A stretch of 64,000 nt of DNA, taken from Lingula anatina (taxonomy: Eukaryota; Animalia; Brachiopoda). The position numbers were made by a program, and so were the translations under genes. The stretch spans positions 46,072,401 through 46,136,400 of the forward strand of contig CM120641.1 of NCBI GenBank assembly GCA_051362555.1, given 5' to 3'. The notes under the pieces are model-generated. The model did not search any database and was not told where the DNA came from. It saw only the letters and a list, made by a program, of their open reading frames with translations. Of this stretch, positions 51,399 to 64,000 are shown in pieces; the stretch's first letter is position 1; every line of letters begins with the position of its first letter.

Positions 51399-53577
51399 CA
51401 TAAAGTTTGTAAATATGTAAAGAAAACAATCAAGGTGAACTGTATACTGCTAAGTTATGAGTGATGCAAGTCCAACAGAGGTAATCAAGACTAAGGTGAT
51501 ATGAAAACTCCAACGATATTAAACAGAGTCCATGTATATTTCTGCTAACATACAAGTCACAGGACTCCAACGGTGAAGAAATCAAGACCTAGATGGCATA
51601 GCAAATCTCCAGTTAGAGATCAGGATGTGTTGTTTTTATTTCATAGAAGAAATTACAACTTGAATTACATGTAATCTCTGTGAACATGTGAATTTATGTC
51701 ACTAAATTGTTGAGAGAATGGCTGTGGATATGCACTGGTGGTTTTCGTGTGGTCAGTAGTGCATACATGTTCCAGTGATACTATACTTAGGCCATAAATA
51801 AAGTGGCTACCCTTATATGGAAATTGTAGCCATTGAAACCCTACAGATGTAACTGATTATCATAAAACATTGGTCGCATAGTTTAGTACTGTTATCAACA
51901 ATATGGAATACTGTTTTGATTGCCTTGTCATTTTATTCATTTAATCTAAGTTGAATAAATAAAAGGGGCCTTAACTGGCCAAGAATCAGTCAACATACCA
52001 ATATATATTGTGTTTGTCATTTATCCCTTTGATAAAGGTTCAGGGCCAATATATTTATTTTTATATTTATTATTAATATTTATATTTATTACAACCACCT
52101 TCATAAGATGAATAAAAAAACAGATAATGACACATAAAATTATACAGAGTATAAAAGAAAATTAAATTAAAAGCAACAGCAGTCCCATATGGATATATTC
52201 CTCTGATTATCTGTTCTGATATTTGGGTCTTTTGACTGAAAGTCTCAATGTGTCTGCCTGAGGGTGTCCATGAGCCGTGGCTGTTGCTCAAACATAAAAT
52301 CAGATGGGAGATGAGCCTTTAGATCAGACTCTCTTTCACCGCAGAGTGATTTATTATGAAATGAGACTCTTGATATGATAAAACTTTACAACAGGGTTAT
52401 TCAGTGTTCACAGTCCTACGGAACAGTGATTTAGCCGATTTAACTCTTTTGGTATGTGAATACTTGAAAATGAAGAAGCTGGGCCAAGGCGAATCTAAAA
52501 CTAAAAGTGAAGATGTGTTCAGCATATTTTGTAATGGTTTCAGTTAAGAAAAAAGGATGACATTTACTTTGTGTGAATTATGGTATAAAATTGGTCTGGA
52601 CATAAAAAGGCTGACAATTCTTCTTCATTTATTTAACTACTATATTAATGTATGTTATGTTTTGAAAGGCCCCTATAAGCTTTATAATGGTTATAACAAC
52701 TACAAGGTTGAATTTGAATTTCATTGATTTTACCAGGTCTCTCTGAAATACCTGTATTTTGAAAAAAACTTCATCCTTTAAACAATTTAAAACACCAAGC
52801 AGCAGAAAAGAAAAACTGCCTACAAGTTGTGTGGGTCATTGCTAAACCACAGCCAGCTGTCACATACCTAAATGCTGGTAAATCACAGAGTTCTTGGAAT
52901 ATGGATTTACATTTTTAAAATATTCATTATATACAGACATAGATGCAGCAGAAATTTCTTAAAGAATATAACAATGACTACGGACAATAATCAGTAGTAC
53001 ATCGAACATCAAAATTCATGCTGTATTATTTAATATGTAAACCCCATAATCCTGATAAAATTTGTGCCTGGGGCATTTATATTTTTGCTAGGTGTGGATT
53101 AACTTTACTGTTGCCTGGGGTATTTTGCAATAGAGACAATGTCCTATTTTGCTGTAGTTGTTATGTACAGACTTGACATTTAATATGGAATATTTCAGTT
53201 TAAATGTATGCCTAAGGATAAAACATATAGTACCCGTTAATGACTACCTTGTCTGTAGCACTCTTGCATTATGCTTTATACTATAATATCATTGGGTAGT
53301 GCTCTATGGGCTCGTCCTAGTATGACTCTGACAGGTTCTGTTAAAAAATCTCCATATATCAGTAACGCTTGCTTAGATGATATTGAAATTTTGCATACGA
53401 GCAGCCAGTCAACGGTGTGTGAATGCTTTGAGCGGAACAGTGTGTCAGAGTGTGTCGTTGTTGTATGCGCCAGAATGGAAACGGACATTGCCAGACAGAT
53501 TACTGTGTTATCAAAGCTTCTGTCTCAAAATTTATTTACTAGATGCAATGTCATGTCAATGTCATCATAACGTACTT

Positions 53578-53840
53578 ATACCCACACGATATATATACTG
53601 ACAGTCAATGAAAACGCATCAGAAAACTTTCTTGTACTTTTTTTTTTTACCGAGAATCGATTTCAACCATATAAACGAGTACAAATGCACTTGTTTGGTC
53701 ATAAGAGTGTGGGCTGACCACTATTTCATATTTCACACGAAAACTGTTATTTTCTAAATGTGCCAAAGGAACTTAAAATATTATTTCATAAATAAATGAT
53801 GCGTTTTAATTGACCCTCAGTATATATTGCACGTGTAAGA
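53578..53840. mobile_element. MITE with ~40-bp imperfect TIRs
   Basis: atatatactgacagtcaatgaaaacgcatca ... tgatgcgttttaattgaccctcagtatatat. Confidence 0.6.
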
Positions 53841-55419
53841 TGAAGTCGACCGCAAGTAGAAGCAACTCGTACATTATTAAACTGCTGTCATAAAAACACT
53901 TAAACTTTACTGTATTTTACTAACATTAAGATAATAATTCTATTTCCAATTTCTATTTCTAAAATCATTTTAACCAATAGTTTATATGTATACTCATTTT
54001 GTGATTATATGTTATATTAAGTTCATTGCATCTAAAAATGTTTGACCTTGCGTGTGATCAGAGCACGCTACCTGCATTGAATCAATTTTAAAAATATATA
54101 TATATATTTATTTAATTTGGAATAATTAAAAGGTCCATTCAACGTTTTTTTTTTTTTTTTTTAATTATTAAAAGTAAGTGAGCAAAAGAATTGTCTAAAT
54201 GGAACTTTACTAACATCAATCAGAATAATAATTAATACAGGTAGATTTTTCTGTTCTCCCAAGAACAAACTGGCTAAATTTTAAACCTTCATTATTGTCG
54301 CTGGCGGCACCATCTCACCTCCAATCGATCTAGTTTATATTTACTAGAGTGGGAAATCTGCAGCATATCGGGAAGCGAGTACGATGCCTAACGTCTTAGA
54401 AAATGTATTGAATGTTTGTTTTAAATTGACTAAACAAATACATGTAGCTTGCGGCTACTTTCATAGTGCTGCTGACTTTAAAAATTGAAAAGCCTTCGTC
54501 ACGTCTCTTGGCGCAGGTCGTTATTTTTAGTTGTTTGATGTTTTTTTCTTATATTTTAACCATTAAAAAAATCCTCGATTCATTTTCCTCCAATATAAGC
54601 AAGACATTATGGTAACAGGGCACAGTCAAACGTTTTACGCGAAACACGGCAAAACTGCATTTCCAGTTTCTAATTGCCAAAATCGTTCTTCAAAAGACCA
54701 ACCCCCCCGCACCCAGCCCGAATTTGTACTCCCTTGGTCAAAAAGATTGACCCACCTCTAATTACATGTCTTTTTAATGACAAATGGTCACTTCACAGGT
54801 GTCAATTATTGTGCCTTTCATTCTAGTTACCATATCTAATTTTATCAACGATACAGAAAATACAAAATAGCGGTGAAGATATCCATATTTAATACCACTT
54901 ATTCACAGGTAAAGAAATGTCCATGAAATTGAAACACGCCACCAAATGCTACCAAATTTACTCACAGTTAGCATAAAAGTTCACATGCCTTATATCGCGA
55001 GTGTCCACCGCGTACTACAATTATCTCACTCAGCAGACGAGAACTGTGAGCAAGTGTGTTGTTGTGATGAGGCTTTAAGTATCCCTGAAGTCACCTCTTG
55101 CAAATGGTGTGAGCTATCATTGAGTCTTTTCAGAAACACTCCGCCATCTTAACACGAATAAAAAACATTGAACAATTACACATCTTTTCTTCACACATCT
55201 TTTTAAAATTTCCGATAAATTATATAAATATTTTGTGATTGAAACCCGACAGCCCATCCTTTTGGTAACCTTAAAGACTACCGTCACTATCTTACCCGTA
55301 CATACATTATTTTTTTATGTTTTAACATAAGCTTGTCTAATGATAACTTAAATTTAAAATACATCAGATAAAGCAATAGATATATAATATAGAACCCGTT
55401 TCTTCAAACTAAGATTTCT

Positions 55420-57443
55420 TTAAAACAAATAATCTAAAGTTGATCGCCCGCCACTATCTAACCCGTCCATACCAAGAGTCAATTCAAACATTGGTGTTCC
55501 ATCTTCGATAATTTCAGCCATATTGATGTGTCGTCTGCCACTTTCCTTAGCGGGAACTCTCAATATTGCTATATTATATGGGTACACATTCAATGACGGG
55601 GTCAGGTCTTTTGCTATACCTGGTATCACTTTTTGACCAGCTACTGTTTCCAAAACCGGGGGCCAGCTGACTTTTTTCCCAAAACACGATCGCCAAATAC
55701 GAATACTGAACAGAAGCGAGTCTGTGGTAGGTTTTAATGTTTCTGAATATTCCTTTATGTTCACTAAACTGTTGACCAATATTTTGGTCTTGTTAGACTT
55801 TCCCATGTAGAACAACGTGGTCACAGCAATGGCATTGAAGTCGCCATCTTGGTTGGAGAGCCAGCAAAGGAACTGTCCTAACTGGTCGGGGTGACCTAAA
55901 CCGCCCCCAGGAACGTGGAACCATTCATTGCTATACATCAGAACGTTCCATTCTGTCACACGGCTGTCCAGATTTCTAGCAACTGATGAGTCCACCATGT
56001 CTGGTATTTGCTTTACATTATCATAACGCTGAACTACAACACCCTCTTTGTTTAATTTTTCTAGATTTTGAGAGTTGTCCTTTTCATTTAAAAATAGAAT
56101 AATCTTAAACCCTTGATGCTGTAAATCGTGGATTACTTCAAGCAGCAGGGTATTCTGTGTGTTGATAAGATGTACCAGGAACACGTTCACGGCAATTTTG
56201 CGCCTCTTTTCTAGATTACTTTCTTCTGTCTCCACGGATAAGTTATATTTTGCACCAAGAACAAGTAGCATTGTTGTTGGATCTGCACATTTTGTATTAT
56301 GAGCACAAACCCAGCCACTGCGCAGAGGTAACATAGCGTGATTGGTACATAACTCGATCAATTCACTTTTCCGCCATTCGCGAATATGACAAGGGTTTAA
56401 CGGTGGTCCATTAAGTCGCCGACTTTTTTTTTCATCAGTCTCAGACCGAGCTAAATTTTCCCTATCTGGAGTACTTAGAATCACAGCCTTGCTTATGTTT
56501 GCTGTGTGAGCCAAAATGTCCATGAAACACTCATCTGGTTTCAAAATATGTTCAATAACATCACTACTCAATACTATCGATTCCTTTAAGACAGATTCTG
56601 GTACAGGAAAGTCATGTCTGCAATTGTTTCTTCCCTCAAACTTATTCTCGATCCACGTCAGGGAGGGGAAAGACATGTTAGCAGTGCGAATGTTGTTCGC
56701 AAAATCTATACCTATGGTGCTGAAATCTCTGGATAACTTGGCTAATTTGAATCCATTTCCGCAGCCGAGGTCAACGATGTATTTGGCATGTAAGCGTCTT
56801 CCCACTTCGCCTGCAAACATGTAGATGGACATCTGCCAGGTGCTCTGAGGTGCATCTTTGTAGTATTTCACCTCTCTTCGATGGTTGTAGTGTTTTGCAA
56901 TTGAGTATTCGCCCGTTTCCGTGCTGTGCTTTAGTGATTTACCTGGCACTTTGCGCCTCCAGGTTATGCAGGTGACATCGTTCAACTCATTGCGACTCCT
57001 CCTTTGAAAATATATTGATAACTTGATTTAAAATTCCCATTAACAGCATTAATCAAAACTATGTGAATTTTACATCACTGCAAAAAAAAAACATACATCT
57101 ATTTGTTTTGAAATTGATACATAATAAAAAAGAAAGAAAGAAAATGTGATAATACACTATACTCTATAATTTTTAAACTAGTGCACATGCAGTTAGAAGA
57201 AATAAGAATGTACTTGGAAATCGAATTTAAGAACGGCTTTCTTCTTAAGAATTGTATTTAAAAATGTCGGTAAACACGTTGAAATTACACCCGTTACAAG
57301 ATATGAAAATTAGTTCTATTGAATACTACCCACCAATATCGCAGAGAACCCGGAAAGCTGCTTTTTCTGAATCCAATCAAATAAATGATCCCAATAGCCA
57401 GTAGACAAACAGTAAAGAAAAACGATCTCCTTAATCTGGGCAT
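55420..57443 (-). CDS. Type II membrane class I SAM-dependent methyltransferase with C-terminal degenerate GT2-like domain (2 exons, ~563 aa)
   Basis: Exon 1 57443-57334 (MPRLRRSFFFTVCLLAIGIIYLIGFRK..: basic tail plus TM helix), a phase-2 GT-AG intron, then exon 2 57001-55420 (intronless, 1582 nt). Motif I IVDLGCGNG, motif II TIGID, SSDVIEH, VILSTPDR, NGPPLNPCHIREW. Confidence 0.85.
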
Positions 57444-58541
57444 GGTTCCCTCATTTGGTCAATGATATCTTTATATTCAAAATTATGGTATATAATTTCT
57501 ACCACATGTGCATGTAAATACTGGTTTCCCATAAATTATTGCATATGCGCACTGGTCCTAGTTGCATTGTGGTAGCAGATTTAGAGACATAAAAATACCC
57601 TTTATTTAGTGATACAGGTATTCATGAAACATTTTACGAGTGTATTGTCTAGATGAGCACCCCAGGCTAGACAGATAACCAGAAGCAAGCCCGTACACTA
57701 TTACTACCGATGCCGTGACAATACGGGGTATGCTATAGTGTTAAGGTTTGTTTCAGGCTATCTCGGAAGCTCAGGGTGCAGGTGAGGGAAAACGTGACTG
57801 GTTTGCACCTAAGATCTAATAAACGGATATTAGATCTTAGTTTTCACGTACAGTTCCGTGATGAGTGTTGTTTCTGGCTTAACTCAGGGCCATCACACGC
57901 CCTCTGATTGGCTACTACACTACCTTTGCGATATTTTCCTCATATATGCAGTGGCGGATTTAGAGGGGGGTCAGAATTTTGACTAGCTGAATCATAGTTG
58001 TAAACCGTACCAAATGGCACCGTTCGACCTCTAAAATCGGGCCCCTAACCCTAAGCCGGGGGGGGGGGGGTCGGCTTTGCATCCGTGGATGCTTTGCTGA
58101 CACGTGGTGTGTCTATAACATAACACTTCACACTTTTATGTTATTGACGGATTACTTTATTTGAATAATAAGACAACTGTTACCACAGTATTAAAGATAA
58201 AATTCCACACAATTCTACGATCCATGTTGCAATTATATGAATAGCATTTTGGCAAAAAAAAACAAAACATTTACGCCATCAATTACAATGTAACTGTAAT
58301 TGATTCAGCTAAAATGTTCTGTTGCACAGAAAAATACTTAAAATTTTTTGGATCAAATCATACAACTACTTTCCAATTGAGACTTAGCACATGTATAAAC
58401 TTGGACAGAACCAATAAGCATGGTTCAATGTTTTCATATGATAAGAAACTAAAATTTAATATCTCATTCTAATAAAATCAATATCATAATTTTGAGATAG
58501 AAGGAAGTAATAATGATGAGTAAAATCAAATGATGCTCAGT

Positions 58542-59738
58542 CTATGCCAGTAAAATTTTCCTCTGAACTTTTGCTCCATCATGTTTTGCTGTGAGGGTGT
58601 CTGTTTCTGGTGTTCTGTCAGGTTGAATGTTATCCTTGTTTGGTGAAATAGCTGTAGGCTTTATAAAAGGCTCCAGTTTATCCACACCACTGGAAGGTAA
58701 AAAAATGCAGAGAAGTAAGATGTTTGTAAAAAAATAAAAAGATACAATTATCTAGTGCAAAGGCAGCATAATGCAATATTCTACATTTAAAAAAAAATAC
58801 AGCTTATTTCAAATATGTTCATAAAGTTTCATGTCAAAAGATTATAAAAATGTCCCATTTAACTGATAGTATAAATCGAACTATTCAGCGTATGTTGATC
58901 AGTCTTTAAAAAAGATAAAAAAGTTTAATCAATGCATTTTCAACCGTGTACCAGGACAAAAATCATGAATACCTTTTCTTTTTATTTTCAAATTTCTGGA
59001 AGTATCTTGAGATGGTGGTTTGAGCATTCTCATTGTTGGTCTTTTTCCCTTTCGTGGTGGTCTTAGACAGGCCAGATCTTCTTGCTTTTCCTATGAGCTT
59101 AGATACTGTTCAAAAGTTAATACAAGAAAATTTAAGGTACACAAAAGTTTTTAATCTTGGTGAGTCTGCCTTCCAGTGAAAACAAAGGAAAAATGTAAGT
59201 TTGTTTATCTTTTTTTTTTAAATTCATTAATTTCTTTTTTTGTCTGCTTTTTCCAGTTAAAACTGAGCAGTCAACAAGTTAAACTTTTCTTTCAATTCAC
59301 AATTCAATTCAATTCACAATTTCTTTCACATCTGCAGACATGTGCCTAGGTTTCAAAAAAAATAAATAAATAAAAAAACACAGATCATTTATTCCCCCCC
59401 CCCCCCCCCTCCCAGATGGTATTGCAGATCTTGACAAATCTCAGGAACCATCAGCATTGAATTTAAAATACTGAATTCCACGTTTCCGCAGAATAAGCTC
59501 ATCTCTGCATCTGTAAGAACAGAACTTTCTGTCAAAATAATGCATTGGATAAAATGCAATGTGGAAACAGTGAGTACAGTGATACATGATGTTATGCTAT
59601 TAATATTCTTCTGATATCTCACCTGAGCCAGACTTGGGGGTAGAGGAGACAGAACTACAGAGGCCCACTGAGCGACAGCTCTGGCTTTTTAACTGAAAAA
59701 GAATTCAACAACTTTGTGACATGTGTATACAAATAAAA

Positions 59739-59777
<39 letters not shown>

Positions 59778-62700
59778 AGGCAAAACCATGAAATATTTCT
59801 TGTTAAATCAGTCTCATACAATTCAACCAATCCACTTAACAATTTGACACATTTCTACACTTCAACCAACGACACATCTTATTGAGATCTCACCACCCCT
59901 GCAACTATACAGAGTTATAAGCATGCAGAGATTTTGAAAGAAGCATTTTCGTGTGGTATATTACCTGGAAAATTACCTTTGATTCAGAACTCACACTGGA
60001 CTGTGAGTTTGCAGCAAGACTGGCACTGATATCATCCTCATCCTGAATCAAGCCTAAAACCTCAGTTACTGTAGGATCTTTTGCTTCCTGTGATAGGTCC
60101 CTTTCCCCAAAACCTGACTTCTCTGACCAATCTGAGGCAGTATTACTTGTCTGACTGGACAGCAATTGTGACTGTGATAAACCAGGTTGACTTTGACTGT
60201 CTGTGATAGTGTCCAAGCTATAAAATAGACTAAGAGGTCCGATCTTTTCAGAAGTTTGAGATAATGAATCGATCTCGCTGGAGTCACTTTTTTCACCTAA
60301 AGTGATCTCCTCACTATTGACCACCTGTGCATCATTTACAGATTTTTCAGTCACTTTAACAGCTTTGAACTGACTCAGAGATGCTTGACTTGAGGATAAT
60401 GGGACATGCTTGACATCACTTTCCTTTGGTCTTGAACTAAAACTACTGCTGAATTTATTCCACATGAAACTAGATTTCCTCACTTTGGCTTCCTGAGAAT
60501 CTGCATTGCTTTCCATTTCCACTGTGGTGTTTGTTTGTAGAGTTGTTGTAATCTCCTGATTCATATTTAGTTTTTCCTGGACACTGTTTTTATGGTCTTT
60601 AACATAAGACACACTGTTAGTCATATCTGCTTTTGGATCTGAATTTGAAGATGTAGCAGTATCCTTTTCAATGCCTTGCTGCAACTCAAAATGATCAAAG
60701 ACAGATTCCCTTTTCTTCTTCAGCTTTGGGGCGGTTGATTTGGTAAAAAACCTGTAAATTACAAAATTAAGTCAAATGTTTTTTTTTTTTTCCTCAGTGA
60801 GATAACAACACACAAATTCATACATCCTGGCACAAATCTATATAATTCTTGGCTGTAAATGTTTTCTATACAAATATATATTAAAATCATTCCATCAAAA
60901 CATTTCCAGCTTTGATGTTTCATCATTAATGGACATGTGTAGAGATTATTTTACATGCCTCTTTGTGATTAAAATAATTCATGAAAGGCAATAAAGTAAA
61001 TTTGTGATTGATTACAAATAAAGCTGAAATTCAATTTCATACCTGCTGTGGGTTTCTACTACTGGCTTTGCTGCATTGATATTAAACTTTTCTTTCTTCG
61101 GCAGCACTGTGCCAAAAACATTCTTCCTCCTTGGAGAAATGGCATCTACCTCTTCAGCTCCAACGATTTTGCTGCTTTCTTTATTATTACTAACATCAGC
61201 TAATTCTTGAACATTACTGTCATAAAGGTTTTCTTTTGTTGATATTTCGTCTGATCTTCTTTTCTTTTCCTGAGATTTTTTGTAACCATACTCCTCTGCT
61301 AGTGTTATGTCATTCTTTTCCAAATCTTCCTCTTCTTAAACAAAATAAAAGAATGAAATTTTTAGATATTTTCAATAATATTACAATGAATGATCATGTA
61401 AGATGCTGTACACTTGGCATGACAAAAATAACATTTTTTTAATTTAAATTAGTTTAAAGAATTGATACTTCTTATTAATGCAACACTTAACACAAATTGC
61501 AATGGTTTCTTAGAAAATTGTACAAGAACACCGGAAAATGCATTCAATTGTTTCTTTTTCTTTTAAAAAATACAACATAAAAACTTATTTACACCCACCT
61601 CTTTTTCTTTTCCCATGATTTTGCCTCAGATTGTCTATTCTAATAGTTTTCACTTGCACTTCAATGCCAGCAGTGCTCAACCTTTCTGTCCTAGAAGGCT
61701 CAGTTTTCAAGGTAGAAACTGAAGACTTGGCTCTGAAGTTTTTATCCCATATACTAAGACGGTGGAGCATCCCCGAGCGTTTGCCAGTGTTCTGCTCCCA
61801 CATCTTGACCTTTTGGGGTGGAGGCTGGAAAATTTTTACACTCAGGAAGTTACACATGACAAACTTAAAGACTTACCTTAACCAACTTACTGAAATTTGA
61901 AAAAATAATAATAATAAATAAATGGATATTTATAATGACAACCATGAAGACCAGGGTCAGTTTCCCACCTTATAAGTATCTGGATCATAGTCATCCATTC
62001 TTTCTCCATTGTAGATGTTGATGTTTCCCAGTGCTATTTGATAAGCTCGCCCATTACAGAAGTAGCTGATTATGAGTTAAATACAACAAGAATGATGTTT
62101 TTTTTTCTGATATTTATGAAAAATATTCCGACCCTTCCACGCTCAATTCCCTCTCTTCACTAAAATTTATCAAAATTTTGATTTGAATTAGCTGAAATAT
62201 AAAGCACACTATATAATTTCATCAAATAACAATAATGAAAACCAACAGAGGAATAAGAGAACAGGAGAGTTCATTTACGCCCTTATATCACCAACAAGTT
62301 TGAAGAGTCAAGGATACGCTCCAGCATACTCCAAATCCTTGGGGTTCATTCCATCAGGGAAGGGGTTAAGGGGGACCAGACGTCTCTGCAATGGGTCAAA
62401 TACCACCTGGTATAAGAATGTATTTTCTGCCTGTGTAAAACCATCTATATATTCCTGGGGCACCTCTGGGGCATTCTTCAGGTAGGTGGACAGCTTCCTT
62501 AACACCTGAAGGTAAGCAATATATAAATGTGATATTATATTCTTAAAGACTGTATAAAAATAAAAATATTCATATTTAGCAACTTAGATTTGGGTTGTAG
62601 AGGGTAAATGTTGGTGACTTTTTATGACCTTATGTCCTCTTTATGCATGTTACATCTGGGCAAAGGTTTCTCATAGCACAATGAATCATTTTGAAATAAA

Positions 62701-63613
62701 AAAAAATTATTGTTCATTATGCATACTAGAGAATAATTTATAAAAAGGATATGAAATGCAAACTATAATGTACTCTGTCTTTATAAAATACCTTTGTCAT
62801 ATCTGGATTTTTTGCCTTTTTAATGATCTTGGCAGCATTTCCGAGTCCAATCCCTCGCAAGCTTGGCAAGTAATCGCAGCCAGAGAGAATGCACATGTGG
62901 CGAAACTTTTCAAAAGAGCAGAAGGAGTTTTTCAGACTTGCTGCCTCACCCAGGCGTTCCTTCTCAATCATGATTCCATTGCCATTGACATCAAGTTTGT
63001 ACAACACCTGCAAGACAATGTTGATGTTAGTGTCTATGTATTACCTATTTCCGCATGCAGTAACTTAATGACAATAAAGCAAATGCATCCAAAGTGTAAA
63101 AGTTACTTTGATAGCTGCACTAAAGGCTCCCATACCCTTTCACATCCAAACAGCAGGAGATCTGAGTCCTCTGTGATGATAATCTGGGCAACTCCTATCT
63201 TGTTTAGGTAGGCAAGCTGAGAGTCCGCTTCATAGGGGGCTACAATACAGTCAACACCCTTCTCACGGCATGCCTGAAGAAAATATTTGGTACATTCTTT
63301 AAGACTTAAGATTTAATTTTGCATCAAAACATTCAGGGGTTCATGGTTAATTTTCATAAAAAATTACTTCCCATTTCTATCACATCTGACTTATTAATGA
63401 CCACCATTAATTTTTTCAGTTGGGAGCCAAAGATATGCTGAGTTTAAAACTTCAACATGAGATTTTTTCTTGTCAAGAACTGTAGATACCTTCATGAGTT
63501 CCAGCGCCATCTGTGGGGTGATATCAATACAACGCTCTAGACACTGCCTTGCTTCACTCTTTTTACCTTCTCGTAGAAATTGGGCAGCTTTCTTCCTGTA
63601 GGCATCTCTTCTC
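58542..63613 (-). CDS. EXO1: Exonuclease 1 (XPG/RAD2 family), 5' exons outside the window
   Basis: Exons 63613-63490, 63273-63136, 63007-62792, 62505-62318, 62065-61969, 61824-61599, 61334-61043, 60751-59977, 59692-59623, 59105-58973, 58689-58542. Motifs [63 protein letters not shown] (MIP), [16 protein letters not shown] (PIP), [14 protein letters not shown]. Confidence 0.96.
62066..62317 (-). other. U12-type (minor spliceosome) GT-AG intron in EXO1
   Basis: 5' splice site GTATCCTTGA, branch-like TATTTAAC about 12 nt before the AG, and no polypyrimidine tract. Confidence 0.75.
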
Positions 63614-64000
63614 CTGAAAGTTGAAAATATTGTTTAAATGTTTAATATCTATTGTGAAGGCAATAACTTGTTTTTGACATAATGAGGACTTTTGATTATT
63701 TTGAAAGAAAATAGTGTGTTGACTGAATAAAATCATTATCATTCATTATTATTGTTTATAAATAAAAAATGTTCAAGGAAATGAAATTCAAACATAAATC
63801 AAAATAGAAATGGTTATCATAATGGACAGGCCTTAATATTTGTTGCACTTTTAGTTATCTTGAAAACTAGGGGTTTTTACTTGTTTCTACATTCATATCT
63901 ATATCCAACCTCATTAATATGATACAAATTTATGAAAACCAAAAAATCCAGTGACTTTACATTAAACCAGTTTCATTCCATCTTTTTGGACTCACTGGGC

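Noticed and set aside
52460-52540. Resemblance to U17/SNORA73 (tgaa..tgaag..gctgggcc..gcatatt)
   Set aside because: The conserved AUAUUCCUA and AAACCAU motifs and a terminal ACA box are missing; probably coincidental.
55420-57001. Bacterial contamination or misassembly as the source of the methyltransferase ORF
   Set aside because: It has a phase-compatible spliceosomal intron and an anchor exon, with host-like AT-rich flanks. Read-level confirmation is still advisable.
58041-58056. CTAACCCTAA as a telomerase RNA template or interstitial telomere
   Set aside because: Only ~1.5 units, lying within a truncated copy of the MITE family also seen at 33980; no supporting structure.
56516-63211. 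Plus-strand ORFs overlapping the methyltransferase and EXO1 exons
   Set aside because: Antisense shadows of real coding exons.

Overview
This is AT-rich eukaryotic (metazoan, probably marine invertebrate) genomic DNA with spliceosomal introns, not prokaryotic DNA, so most entries in the ORF track are exon fragments or noise. I built exon chains by hand from GT-AG boundaries and phase continuity. (1) 0-5.2 kb holds degraded DNA-transposon coding fragments, all on the minus strand. (2) 6.7-43.6 kb is a tandem minus-strand cluster of four secreted galaxin-like di-cysteine-repeat genes (A-D). Three of them end in a two-exon, basic NTR/C345C-like module with identical intron phases. (3) MED6 lies on the plus strand, head-to-head with gene D, with about 300 bp between start codons. 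(4) A two-exon gene encodes a type II membrane anchor joined to a long intronless methyltransferase plus a degenerate GT2-like domain that looks bacterial (HGT candidate). (5) The 3' part of EXO1 is present, with a U12-type intron, a MIP box and a PIP box. Introns carry a 2.9-kb Helentron-like non-autonomous element with a 146-bp satellite array and many MITEs (TTAA, 8-bp and unusual 5-bp TSDs). Family assignments come from motif recall, not database searches.
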